Source: Bacillota bacterium (GTDB lineage: Bacteria > Bacillota > Clostridia > Clostridiales > Clostridiaceae). From it: a stretch of 64,000 bases of DNA. Position 1 is the stretch's first letter, and each line of letters begins with the position of its first letter. The notes beneath the pieces are model-generated. The model made no database searches, had not been told where the DNA came from, and saw nothing but the letters and a program-made list of their open reading frames with translations. Below are positions 49,559 through 58,883 of the stretch, in pieces. The translations under genes and the position numbers were made by a program. Location of the stretch: NCBI GenBank assembly GCA_017861315.1, contig JAGFXP010000004.1:10329-74328 (forward strand), written 5' to 3'.

Positions 49559-49807
49559 CTATTTTCCGAGTACAAGTTTTTCAATTGCCCTGGCGAACTG
49601 GTCGGGACATGACGTGTCCTTATAGCCGCAGGTGCCTCCCTTAAGCCTTTTGTGGACTTCGGCAGCATCCATGCCTTCTACGAGGCTGGATATCCCCTTG
49701 AGATTGCCGCTGCAGCCCCCAGTGAAGCTTGCATTTTTGATTTTGCCGTCGATGACGTCGAAGTCGATCTGGCTTGAGCATACGCCCTCAGGAATAAATG
49801 AGTACAT
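49559..49807 (-). CDS. TSCPD domain-containing protein (TIGR03905-like)
   Basis: 82 aa with FTGGCSGN and GTxCGxKxTSCPDQ motifs. Confidence 0.8.
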   Translation of the reverse strand: MYSFIPEGVCSSQIDFDVIDGKIKNASFTGGCSGNLKGISSLVEGMDAAEVHKRLKGGTCGYKDTSCPDQFARAIEKLVLGK

Positions 49808-49820
49808 GTTTTTACATCCG

Positions 49821-50366
49821 TTAGATATCTTCGGTCAGAATGCCGGTGATTTTCTCGTACAGCTCAGGACATTTTTCCTTCCATTTGGAGCACAGATCCC
49901 TTGCCTGCTTGTTTGAAGGCACATTCATCCTGATGTCGATCAGGAGCCTGTCCTTTTCCATGGCCTTAAGACTTACAATGAAGTTGTCTTTTTTCTCGAT
50001 CGTGTAGTCTGCAGTTACAGTCATATCTTTTTCTATATCGTCCCAGTTTTTCTCGATATAATCGTTCACGACTGCGCATTTTTTTTCAGACACCCTGTCT
50101 CCGAACAGTTCAAGCACCTTTTTGCCTTTTCCGCTTATTACGAGTCTTTGGCTGCCGCTTACATTTGTGTGCTTCAGGAATTCCGAAGAGACAAGCTCAT
50201 CGATGTACTGCTGAAGTATGAAATAATTCATCAGGCTGTTCTTCAAAACCAGCTCGGTGAGCTGGGCATTGGAAACAGGCAGATTCAGTCTGTTTATTAT
50301 ATAAAGGAGAAGAAGCTTGTTCTCCGCTAATTCCAAAGTATCTTCAAACATTTTATTAACCTCCAT
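49821..50366 (-). CDS. DUF4364 family protein
   Basis: 181 aa with an N-terminal winged-helix-like LLLLYIINRLNLPVSNAQLTE pattern. The family call is from memory. Confidence 0.65.
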   Translation of the reverse strand: MEVNKMFEDTLELAENKLLLLYIINRLNLPVSNAQLTELVLKNSLMNYFILQQYIDELVSSEFLKHTNVSGSQRLVISGKGKKVLELFGDRVSEKKCAVVNDYIEKNWDDIEKDMTVTADYTIEKKDNFIVSLKAMEKDRLLIDIRMNVPSNKQARDLCSKWKEKCPELYEKITGILTEDI

Positions 50367-50458
50367 GGCAAGAAAGTCTCAACCAAAAATATTATAACAT
50401 ATAATGATTTTTTTGTAATAGGATATCGGAGAGAAGGTCAAGAAAAAAGCTGCTCCTT

Positions 50459-50600
50459 TTTAAGTGTTGCAGCGTCATAAGGTTGTTCCGGTGCTTCGGG
50501 AATTGTTCGGTTTAAGTGTTGTTACGACCTTCTAACAAAATCCAACAACACTTAATGCAAACATTCCATTATGGCACTCACATAAGTGTGCATGCACCAT
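50459..50600. ncRNA. candidate structured RNA or repeated-operator element (strand and identity unresolved)
   Basis: Perfect 12-bp hairpin 50512-50523/50544-55. Flanking imperfect helices 50501-10/50557-65 and 50471-82/50566-78. Motif TTAAGTGTTG x2 direct, x1 inverted, x1 degenerate. Confidence 0.3.
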
Positions 50601-50618
50601 ATCGGCAGGAAATTCGAA

Positions 50619-50651
50619 AGAAAAAAATCACTATGCGAAAACATAGTGATT
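50619..50651 (-). terminator. rho-independent terminator of dapH
   Basis: The minus strand reads ATCACTATG-TTTTCG-CATAGTGAT followed by T7. Confidence 0.7.
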
Positions 50652-50678
50652 TCAATGTGCCCAGGAAACACGACCTGA

Positions 50679-51389
50679 CTATTTTCTCAGGTCGTCGAGC
50701 AGCTCGGTTTTGCCCTTTGTCTTGTCGTCCACAGTCTTTATTATCCTGGCAGGCGTTCCGGCAACAACCACTCCAGCAGGAACGTCTTCGACTACAACAG
50801 CTCCCGCAGCAACTACTGAGCCCTTTCCGATCTTGACGCCTTCAAGGATAACCGCATTTGCACCTATAAGAACATCATCTTCGATTTCGCAAGGCGACTT
50901 GCTTGGCGGCTCAAGAACTCCGGCTACAACAGCGCCTGCTCCAAGGTGAACCCTCTTGCCAAGTTTTCCTCTTGCTCCGACAACCGCATTCATGTCGACC
51001 ATAGTCTCTTCACCGATCTCAGCGCCGATGTTGATCACGGCGCCCATCATTATTACGGCGTTTTTGTCTATCTTGACCATATCTCTGATTGTTGCGCCCG
51101 GCTCTATCCTGGCTTCTATGTCAAGCATATCGAGCATAGGAATAGCTGAATTCCTTCTGTCCTGCTCCAGCTTGAATTTGCTTATCTTGCCTTCGTTCTT
51201 TTTAAGGAAAGCCTTAATCTCAGCGCCTTCCCCGAAGAGCACATAGAAGCTTCCTGAACCGAAGCTTTCGATTGCACCGAAGTCGCAGCCTGCCAAATCT
51301 CCATCCACATAAACCTTTACCGGTGTGGATTTCTTAGCATCCTTTATGTATCTTGCTATTTCATACGGGTTTGTCATATCGTAACTCAT
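50679..51389 (-). CDS. dapH: 2,3,4,5-tetrahydropyridine-2,6-dicarboxylate N-acetyltransferase
   Basis: Left-handed beta-helix hexapeptide repeats. N-terminal [22 protein letters not shown] is typical of DapH. 236 aa. Confidence 0.92.
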   Translation of the reverse strand: MSYDMTNPYEIARYIKDAKKSTPVKVYVDGDLAGCDFGAIESFGSGSFYVLFGEGAEIKAFLKKNEGKISKFKLEQDRRNSAIPMLDMLDIEARIEPGATIRDMVKIDKNAVIMMGAVINIGAEIGEETMVDMNAVVGARGKLGKRVHLGAGAVVAGVLEPPSKSPCEIEDDVLIGANAVILEGVKIGKGSVVAAGAVVVEDVPAGVVVAGTPARIIKTVDDKTKGKTELLDDLRK

Positions 51390-51549
51390 TGATATCCTCC
51401 TCTGATTCGTTTTATTTTTTCCAGTACTACCATTATAATAAATAATGTTTATTTATGAAAGAGTATGTATATTAAATTATTTAAAAAAATGATAGTATAA
51501 TAATTAATAATAGAAAATTATAAAATATGTTTTTGGAAGGAGCGGTCGC

Positions 51550-52278
51550 GTGCAGGACGAAATAGCGCTACAGGTAAAACATCTGAACAAGAGCTTTGAC
51601 AAAAAGCAGATACTCCACGATGTAAGCCTTGACGTACATAAAGCAAAAATCCTGGGGCTGCTTGGACCATCGGGATCGGGAAAGACGACTCTGGTGAAGC
51701 TAATGGCGGGTATAGACTCACCGGACAGCGGAGAGGTCTTCATCCTCGGAGAGAAAGTACCTAATCTCAAGATGCTCAACAGGATAGGCTACATGGCCCA
51801 GGCAGACGCGTTGTACGGGGAGCTTACGGCGGAAGAGAATCTGGAATTTTTCGCCTCGATGTACGGCCTAAGGAAGTCTGAAAAGAAGAATCGGATCGAA
51901 GAAGTCATGAAGATAGTGAATCTTTACGACTACCTCAAGATTCAGGTTAAGAAGTATTCGGGCGGCATGAAGCGAAGGCTGTCCCTTGCCATAGCGCTTC
52001 TCCATAAACCTCCCATCCTGGTTCTCGATGAACCAACGGTAGGAATCGATCCCGTCCTGAGGATAAGCATATGGGAGGAGCTCTACGAGTTGTGCAGAAA
52101 CGGCACTACCATCATCGTAACCACCCATGTCATGGACGAAGCTGAGAAGTGCCATGAACTGGGCATGATCAGGGAGGGAAGGCTCATAGCCCTTGGAACC
52201 CCTGAAGAAATCCTCAAGGCATCAGATTCCGAGACAATAGAGGAAGCTTTCCTCTTCTACGGGGGTGTTAAGAGATGA
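51550..52278 (+). CDS. ABC transporter ATP-binding protein (ABC-2/DrrA type)
   Basis: GTG start after GGAAGGAG. Walker A GPSGSGKT, signature YSGGMKRR, Walker B ILVLDEP. Confidence 0.9.
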   Translation: MQDEIALQVKHLNKSFDKKQILHDVSLDVHKAKILGLLGPSGSGKTTLVKLMAGIDSPDSGEVFILGEKVPNLKMLNRIGYMAQADALYGELTAEENLEFFASMYGLRKSEKKNRIEEVMKIVNLYDYLKIQVKKYSGGMKRRLSLAIALLHKPPILVLDEPTVGIDPVLRISIWEELYELCRNGTTIIVTTHVMDEAEKCHELGMIREGRLIALGTPEEILKASDSETIEEAFLFYGGVKR

Positions 52279-53291
52279 GGGTAAGGGCGGTAATGATAAG
52301 GATCCTGCTGCAGCTCAAGCACGACAAGAGGACAATCGGGCTTATGGTCTTTGCGCCGATACTGGTGCTCACACTCATGAGCTTCATCTTCGGTGGGGAG
52401 GCCTACCATTCCAAAATTGGTGTAGTGAACGCCCCTCTCCAGTTTGTGAATTCGCTTGAAAACGGCGATGCGGAGGTGACGCGGTACACCGAGGCGGCTG
52501 CAGCCCGGGCGCTTTATGAAGGGGAGATAGACGCCGTTGTAGATTTCAAAAACGGCGTTCCCAATGTGGAGCTGGAGGGTAGCGACCCGGCCAAGAGCAG
52601 GGCGGTCCTGTCCCTGGTAAAGACCTCATCCATGAAGGCGGTCCTTCAGGTACAGGTGGAGGAGTCCTACCTGTTCGGTTACGAGGACATGTCCAGCTTT
52701 GACAACTTCGGCCCGATTCTCATAGGGTTCTTCGTATTCTTTTTCGTATTCCTTGTATCCGGCATTGCATTCCTTGGCGAACGAAACTCAGGGACGCTGG
52801 AAAGGCTCATGGCGACACCGATCCGGAGATGGGAGATAGTCGCCGGGTACCTTCTGGGATTCGGAGTTTTCACCATACTCCAATCGGCGCTGATAGCATG
52901 GTTTTCCATAGAAGTGCTGCACATTATGATGGTGGGCTCCTTTGCGCTGGTGCTCCTCATAACCATACTGACAGCGATGACAGCGCTGACAATAGGCATA
53001 TTCATATCGGCCTTCGCAAACAATGAGATGCAGATGATACAATTCGTTCCGATAATCATAGTTCCTCAGGTATTCTTCTCGGGGCTCTTTGACCTGAGCA
53101 CCATGGCGGCCTGGCTTCAGGCCATAGGCCGGTTCACTCCGCTGTGGTACGTGGCGGACGCCCTCAGGAACATAATGATAAGGGGGAAAGGCTGGGAGGC
53201 GATTTATTTCGATGTCCTAGTCCTGGGCTCGATATGCCTGTTTTTCACAGCGGCTAACATTCTGATCTTGAAAAAATACAGAAAGATATAG
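52275..53291 (+). CDS. ABC-2 type transporter permease
   Basis: ATGA overlap. One N-terminal TM segment, an extracytoplasmic loop, and 5 C-terminal TM segments. Confidence 0.85.
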   Translation: MRVRAVMIRILLQLKHDKRTIGLMVFAPILVLTLMSFIFGGEAYHSKIGVVNAPLQFVNSLENGDAEVTRYTEAAAARALYEGEIDAVVDFKNGVPNVELEGSDPAKSRAVLSLVKTSSMKAVLQVQVEESYLFGYEDMSSFDNFGPILIGFFVFFFVFLVSGIAFLGERNSGTLERLMATPIRRWEIVAGYLLGFGVFTILQSALIAWFSIEVLHIMMVGSFALVLLITILTAMTALTIGIFISAFANNEMQMIQFVPIIIVPQVFFSGLFDLSTMAAWLQAIGRFTPLWYVADALRNIMIRGKGWEAIYFDVLVLGSICLFFTAANILILKKYRKI

Positions 53292-53312
53292 TTAGGAATC
53301 GGAGGTGACCAT

Positions 53313-54656
53313 ATGAAGAAGATAATCATCATTGCACTGTCCCTGATTGCTGTCCTTTCAGCAGGATGCGCAGCGGACCAGGACAAGGCTGCAATCAAGG
53401 GGGAAGTACAGAACAATATAATATCCTCAAACAGCACTGCCGCCGGCAAGATCGTCGAGATGAAGGTTGAGCAGGGGCAGAGCGTTAAGAAAGGCGATAT
53501 AATAGCCGTCATAGACAACACAAATCAGAAGTACATAGTGGACCAGATGCAGGCTGTAGTTAACATAAAGCAGGCGAAGCTTGAGGAGCTCCGGGCTGGG
53601 ACAAGGCCTGAGCAGATTGACCAGGCGCAGGCGCAGGTAAATGCAGCCAGGTCACAGGTAAACGTAGCGAAGGACCAGCTGGCGAAAATAGCGGGCGGTG
53701 CTAGAGCCGAGGAAGTTGCCTCGGCGCAAGCTGTGGTGGATCAGGCGAAGGCATCCTTGAGCGGGGCTCAGATAGGAAAGGCGAACCTCCGGGACTCGCT
53801 GGATACGGCTGAATCAAATTACTGCGACCTTCTGAAATCCATGTCATCCTTCAAGGATTCGGAGGGTGACTACAGTCCGGATGCAGCGTTGGCTGAACTG
53901 GACAATATGCTTGCAGCTAAGCTGATCACAGAGGCCCAGTATACCGAAAAGGTGAATTACATAAACCAGCTGTTTTCAAACAAAGCCCAGCTTGAAGCTG
54001 CAATAGACCAGCTGGAGGGACAGATAAAAGTGGCTTATTCTCAGATCGATGCACTTGATGCGGGCGTGAATGCAGCAGAAAGCCAGTTGGGTTTGATAAG
54101 CGCAGGCGCTGCCTCCTATGACGTTAAGATTCTGGAGGATCAGGTTAAGACCGCCCAGGCAAATTATGATGCGGCAGCGGCCCAGCTGAACCTCCTCAAA
54201 AGCGGTGCAACAAGCCAGGCCTTAGCTGCGGCTCAGGCTGACCTGGACCAGGCGACTGCCCAGCTTAACCAGGCGAAGTATGCTCTGGACAACTGCAGCA
54301 TCATAGCCCTTGCGGACGGGATAGTGATCAGCAGGAACTACCAGCTCGGGGACATAGTCACAGCGGGCAGCAACATAGCGGACATAGCCATGGACGACAT
54401 ATACGTGCTGTGCTACGTGCCTGTGAAATACCTGGACAGGGTATCCTACGGCCAGGAGCTGGAGGTCAAGACATCCCTGGGCACCAGGACAGGCAGGGTG
54501 ACTTACCTGGACCTTGAGAGCGAATATACTCCGAAGGATATGCAGTCGGATTCCGACAGCGAACAGGAATCGGTCAAGATGAAGGTGTCCATAGAAGGCG
54601 AGGCTGGAAAACTGAAATCGGGAATGTCCGCGGAGGTGGCGGTTCCGTTGAAATAA
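53313..54656 (+). CDS. HlyD family periplasmic-adaptor-like protein, lipoprotein
   Basis: Lipobox SAGC, biotinyl-lipoyl-like GKIVEMKVEQGQSVKKGDIIAVID, long A/Q-rich coiled coil, C-terminal beta-barrel. Confidence 0.8.
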   Translation: MKKIIIIALSLIAVLSAGCAADQDKAAIKGEVQNNIISSNSTAAGKIVEMKVEQGQSVKKGDIIAVIDNTNQKYIVDQMQAVVNIKQAKLEELRAGTRPEQIDQAQAQVNAARSQVNVAKDQLAKIAGGARAEEVASAQAVVDQAKASLSGAQIGKANLRDSLDTAESNYCDLLKSMSSFKDSEGDYSPDAALAELDNMLAAKLITEAQYTEKVNYINQLFSNKAQLEAAIDQLEGQIKVAYSQIDALDAGVNAAESQLGLISAGAASYDVKILEDQVKTAQANYDAAAAQLNLLKSGATSQALAAAQADLDQATAQLNQAKYALDNCSIIALADGIVISRNYQLGDIVTAGSNIADIAMDDIYVLCYVPVKYLDRVSYGQELEVKTSLGTRTGRVTYLDLESEYTPKDMQSDSDSEQESVKMKVSIEGEAGKLKSGMSAEVAVPLK

Positions 54657-54689
54657 TAATTGAGAAAATGTATAGGGGTGTAAGATTAA

Positions 54690-55856
54690 ATGGGTAAAAT
54701 TGCAGACAACGTAAACAGCATAGAAATATCGGGCATAAGGAAATTCTACAACAAGCTGGCCAACTATCCGGATGCCATATCCCTGACGCTGGGACAGCCG
54801 GACTTCAGCGTGCCGAAGAAGATAAAGGAAGCGATGATAGCGGCCATCAACGAGAACAAGACCGAGTATACCTCAAATGCCGGCATAATAGAGCTGAGGA
54901 GGGAGATATGCAGCTATCTGCAGGGCTTCGGCATCGGGTACGAGCCTGAGGAGGTATGCCTCACCGTTGGAGGCAGCGAAGGCCTCATGGATGTATTCAT
55001 GGCCTTCATAAATCCCGGCGACAAGGTGCTGATACCGACTCCCGCATATCCTGCATACGAGAGCTGCGTGAAGCTCATAGGAGGAAAGGTTGTCAACTAC
55101 GAGCTGAACGGTGATTTCTCCATAAATTTCGGGGCGCTGGAAAAGGTCATCGCGGAAGAGAAGCCCAAACTGATGGTGGTTTCATACCCCAGCAATCCGA
55201 CGGGCGCAGTCCTCTCGAAGGCTGACAGCGAAAAGCTCAGGGACATCATAAGGGGGAACGACATTATCGTGATCAGCGACGAGATCTACAGCTCGCTGTG
55301 CTTTGACGAGGAGTACCATTCAATAGCAGGCTACGATGAGATTAAGGAAAAGGTGGTCCTTGTGAGCGGCTTTTCGAAGATGTTCTCCATGACAGGGCTC
55401 AGGCTGGGATTCGTATGCGCGGTGAAGCAGTACATGGACTCCATAATCAAGGTCCACCAGTACAACGTATCCTGCGCTCCTTCCATAGTGCAGTGGGGAG
55501 CCTACACGGGCCTCAGGGAATGCATGGGTGACGTGGAAAGCATGAAGGAGGAATTCGCAAGGCGGAGGGATTACCTCTACGGGCAGCTCAGGGACATGGG
55601 CTTCGATGTCAACATGCCTATGGGAGCCTTCTACATGTTCCCGAGCATAAGGAAATTCGGCATGGGCAGCGACGAGTTCTGCGAAAGGCTCCTCAAGGAA
55701 GAAGGGGTCGCCATAGTGCCAGGCTCGGCGTTCGGGCCGGGGGGAGAGGGCTATATAAGGATATCCTACGCCTACAGCATGCCTCAGCTTGAGGAATGCG
55801 CGGGTCGGTTGAGAAATTTCGTTGAAAACTATAAACAGAAAGGCAGCAGCAAATAA
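54690..55856 (+). CDS. class I/II PLP-dependent aminotransferase (PatA/DapX-like; candidate N-acetyl-LL-diaminopimelate aminotransferase by context)
   Basis: SYPSNPTG and PLP-lysine motif SGFSKMFSMTGLRLG. Sits among dap genes. Confidence 0.85.
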   Translation: MGKIADNVNSIEISGIRKFYNKLANYPDAISLTLGQPDFSVPKKIKEAMIAAINENKTEYTSNAGIIELRREICSYLQGFGIGYEPEEVCLTVGGSEGLMDVFMAFINPGDKVLIPTPAYPAYESCVKLIGGKVVNYELNGDFSINFGALEKVIAEEKPKLMVVSYPSNPTGAVLSKADSEKLRDIIRGNDIIVISDEIYSSLCFDEEYHSIAGYDEIKEKVVLVSGFSKMFSMTGLRLGFVCAVKQYMDSIIKVHQYNVSCAPSIVQWGAYTGLRECMGDVESMKEEFARRRDYLYGQLRDMGFDVNMPMGAFYMFPSIRKFGMGSDEFCERLLKEEGVAIVPGSAFGPGGEGYIRISYAYSMPQLEECAGRLRNFVENYKQKGSSK

Positions 55857-55872
55857 AATTTGCTGCTGCCTT
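55840..55872. terminator. bidirectional terminator; the left arm encodes the last residues of the aminotransferase
   Basis: AAGGCAGCAGCAAA-TAAAA-TTTGCTGCTGCCTT. Confidence 0.7.
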
Positions 55873-55881
55873 AATTCTTGT

Positions 55882-56634
55882 CTAGTTTTCTGCTATTACG
55901 TCATCCATGTTGTATAGTCCCGGCCCTTTGCCGAACATGAACTCGCATGCCTTCAGCGCGCCTACGGCGAACACTTCTCTTGATATCGCAGAATGCTTGA
56001 TCTCGATAACCTCGCCCTGGCCGGCAAATATGACTTCATGGTCTCCCACGATAGCGCCGCCCCTGATTGCGTGGATGCCGATTTCCTTGTGTTCCCTCTT
56101 GGAATTGCCGACCCTGCCGTAGGTGTACTCCGTTTCTTCAGGGATAGAATCCCTGATCGTATCCGCAAGCAGAATAGCAGTTCCGCTAGGTGCATCGACC
56201 TTCTGGTTGTGGTGCTTTTCGATTATCTCTATGTCGTAATTGCTGTATAAAAATGCGCTTATGTTCCTTAGGACGCTGTTTACGACATTTATGCCTATGG
56301 ACATGTTGGCTGAACGGAAGACAGGTATCTCCCTGGAGGCCTCCTTCATCTTTTCCAGCTGCTCCTTAGTGTATCCTGTGGTGCAGAATATAACAGGCGT
56401 CTTGTTCAGTTTTGCAAGCTCCAGCAGTCCGTCGAGGGCGTCAGGCCTTGAAAAATCAACAATCACATCGATTTCCGCTTCGCAGTTTTCCGGTGAGCAG
56501 TAAACAGGGAACTTGTCGCAGGCAGTGTTCCTGTCTATTCCCGCAACTATCTCCAGCTCAGGGAAATTCGAAACGGAATTGCAGATAACCTTGCCCATTT
56601 TCCCGTTGGATCCGCTCAATAAAATTCTAATCAT
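55882..56634 (-). CDS. dapB: 4-hydroxy-tetrahydrodipicolinate reductase
   Basis: N-terminal GSNGKMG Rossmann motif and [15 protein letters not shown]. Confidence 0.93.
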   Translation of the reverse strand: MIRILLSGSNGKMGKVICNSVSNFPELEIVAGIDRNTACDKFPVYCSPENCEAEIDVIVDFSRPDALDGLLELAKLNKTPVIFCTTGYTKEQLEKMKEASREIPVFRSANMSIGINVVNSVLRNISAFLYSNYDIEIIEKHHNQKVDAPSGTAILLADTIRDSIPEETEYTYGRVGNSKREHKEIGIHAIRGGAIVGDHEVIFAGQGEVIEIKHSAISREVFAVGALKACEFMFGKGPGLYNMDDVIAEN

Positions 56635-56654
56635 AGGAACCTCCCGTTACAGGC

Positions 56655-57533
56655 TTAAAGCAACCCGTATTTCTTCATCTCGTCTTTTACTATCTCAAGA
56701 TTTCCTTCTGTCATGTCGACAAGAGGAAGCCTCAGGTTTCCAACTTTCATCCCCATAAGGTTCATCGCAGTCTTTACAGGGATAGGATTTGTCTCTATGA
56801 ACATCGCATCGTTAAGCGCGAGGGTATCAAGATGCATTTTAAGAGCTTCCTTTGTTTTTCCTTCCAGGTAAAGATGAGTCATTACGCTCATATCTTTAGG
56901 TATTATATTTGCAAGAACCGAGATTACGCCCAAGCCGCCGAGAGCCATCAGCGCGATCACCTGGTCATCGTTTCCTGAATATATGTCAAGCTTGTCTCCG
57001 CAGAGAGCCTTGATTTTGGCTATCTGGCTTATGTCTCCGCTTGCTTCCTTTATTGCCACTATGTTCTTGTCTCCGCAGAGCTGCTGCAGTGTCTTAGGAG
57101 TGATATTCATTCCTGTTCGGGAAGGGACGTTGTAAATAATTATAGGCGTATTAACACTTTCAGAAATTGCTGTGAAATGTGCGATAAGGCCCTTCTGGGT
57201 TGTTTTGTTGTAGTAAGGGGTTATAACAAGCAGGCCGTCTACGCCTACGCTCTCTGCGTACTGGCTCATCTTGATAGATGCTGCAGTGTTGTTTGTACCT
57301 GTACCAGCTATTACAGGGATCCTCTTATTGATAACATCCACTGTAAACTTGATCGCGTCTTTTCTTTCCTGCTCAGACATGGTGGAAGCTTCGCCTGTAG
57401 TGCCGCATACAACTATGGCGTCTGTTCCTTCTTTTACATGCCATTCAAGCAGTTCTTCAAGCTTTTTGAAATCAACACCGTCCTCTGTAAATGGAGTACA
57501 AATTGCAACTGCTGAACCTTTGAATATGCTCAT
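56655..57533 (-). CDS. dapA: 4-hydroxy-tetrahydrodipicolinate synthase
   Basis: [18 protein letters not shown] and the active-site Lys context AIKEASG. Confidence 0.95.
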   Translation of the reverse strand: MSIFKGSAVAICTPFTEDGVDFKKLEELLEWHVKEGTDAIVVCGTTGEASTMSEQERKDAIKFTVDVINKRIPVIAGTGTNNTAASIKMSQYAESVGVDGLLVITPYYNKTTQKGLIAHFTAISESVNTPIIIYNVPSRTGMNITPKTLQQLCGDKNIVAIKEASGDISQIAKIKALCGDKLDIYSGNDDQVIALMALGGLGVISVLANIIPKDMSVMTHLYLEGKTKEALKMHLDTLALNDAMFIETNPIPVKTAMNLMGMKVGNLRLPLVDMTEGNLEIVKDEMKKYGLL

Positions 57534-57589
57534 ACAAACACCTCTTTCGTTTAATTTGGTTAATCAAGTAATTTTTTATGTGATGTTAA

Positions 57590-58579
57590 TTACTTCTCTA
57601 TCATGCATTCCGCAATCTGGACTGCGTTTGATGCTGCGCCTTTTCTTATGTTGTCTGCCACAACCCACAGATTCAATCCGTTGTCAGCGCTGAAGTCGCG
57701 TCTGATTCTGCCCACGAATACTTCGTCATGGCCCGCAGCGTCTATCGGCATTGGGTATATGAGTTTTTCAACATCATCCTTCAGGATAACGCCTGGCGCG
57801 TGACTAAACAGCTCGAATATATCCTTCAGTTCGAACTCCTTGTTGAGCTCCACGTTTATGCTTTCGCTGTGTCCGTAGAAAACAGGCACTCTTACTGTTG
57901 TTGCTGTTATCTTCAGCTTGTCGTCGTGGAGTATTTTCTTAGTCTCCTCGATCATCTTCATCTCTTCCTTTGTGTATCCGTTTTCCATGAAAACGTCTAT
58001 GTGAGGCAGGAGATTGCCTGCTATCGGATAGTTGAACTTCTTAGGAGCTTCTCCCTTGTATCCTGCTTCCAGGTCTTCAAATCCTTTCAGGCCGGCTCCG
58101 GATACTGCCTGGTAGGTTGAGTAGATTATCCTCTTTATGCCGTATTTTTCATAAAGCGGCTTCAGGGCTACCACAGCCTGTATTGTTGAACAATTCGGAT
58201 TTGCAATTATTCCCTTGTTCCACTTTATATCCTCAGGGTTGACTTCAGGTACAACGAGCGGCACCTCTGGGTCCATTCTCCAAGCGCTGCTGTTGTCAAT
58301 TACAGTTGCGCCGTATTTAACAAAAACCGGGGCAAAAGCTTTGCTGATATCGCCGCCGGCGGAGAACAAAGCAAAATGAATCTTTTTGGTCTTTATGTTC
58401 TCTTCCTTCAGTTCTTCTACCACGACATCCTGACCTTTAAATTTTAGTACCGTTCCTGCGGATCTACCAGATGCAAAAAAATAAATCTTATCTATAGGGA
58501 AATTTCTTTCTTCAAGAACTTCGATGAATTTTCTTCCGACCATTCCGGTAGCACCGACAACTGCTACATTGTAATTCAT
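57590..58579 (-). CDS. asd: aspartate-semialdehyde dehydrogenase
   Basis: VVGATGMVG, catalytic Cys in IANPNCST, YQAVSGAG. Confidence 0.95.
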   Translation of the reverse strand: MNYNVAVVGATGMVGRKFIEVLEERNFPIDKIYFFASGRSAGTVLKFKGQDVVVEELKEENIKTKKIHFALFSAGGDISKAFAPVFVKYGATVIDNSSAWRMDPEVPLVVPEVNPEDIKWNKGIIANPNCSTIQAVVALKPLYEKYGIKRIIYSTYQAVSGAGLKGFEDLEAGYKGEAPKKFNYPIAGNLLPHIDVFMENGYTKEEMKMIEETKKILHDDKLKITATTVRVPVFYGHSESINVELNKEFELKDIFELFSHAPGVILKDDVEKLIYPMPIDAAGHDEVFVGRIRRDFSADNGLNLWVVADNIRKGAASNAVQIAECMIEK

Positions 58580-58883
58580 TACACTTCCTCCTTAAATAAA
58601 TACTTTACTATATTATATAACTCGCGATGTGAAAAATACATAGTTTTTTGCAAATAATTATTAACATTTTGCATGAATATCACTGTGCATATTGCATAAT
58701 TCCGGCTATTGCTGAGATTTGAGCCTATAGATGACGCTCGGAAAATTTATAATTATGCATAAATAATTTTTGTTTATAAAGAAGGAATTTGTCTCTTTTG
58801 GTGGAATATAACATAATGTAATAATTTGAGTCTTTTAAAGGCGTTGCAAGAAGCGATTATACTAAAAAAGGGGGAGTTTAGTG

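Noticed and set aside
58580-58880. Lysine (L-box) riboswitch upstream of asd-dapA-dapB, and likewise at 51390-51549 upstream of dapH
   Set aside because: The minus-strand leaders are AT-rich, and I could not recognise conserved L-box core elements or multi-stem junction potential. A covariance search is still advisable.
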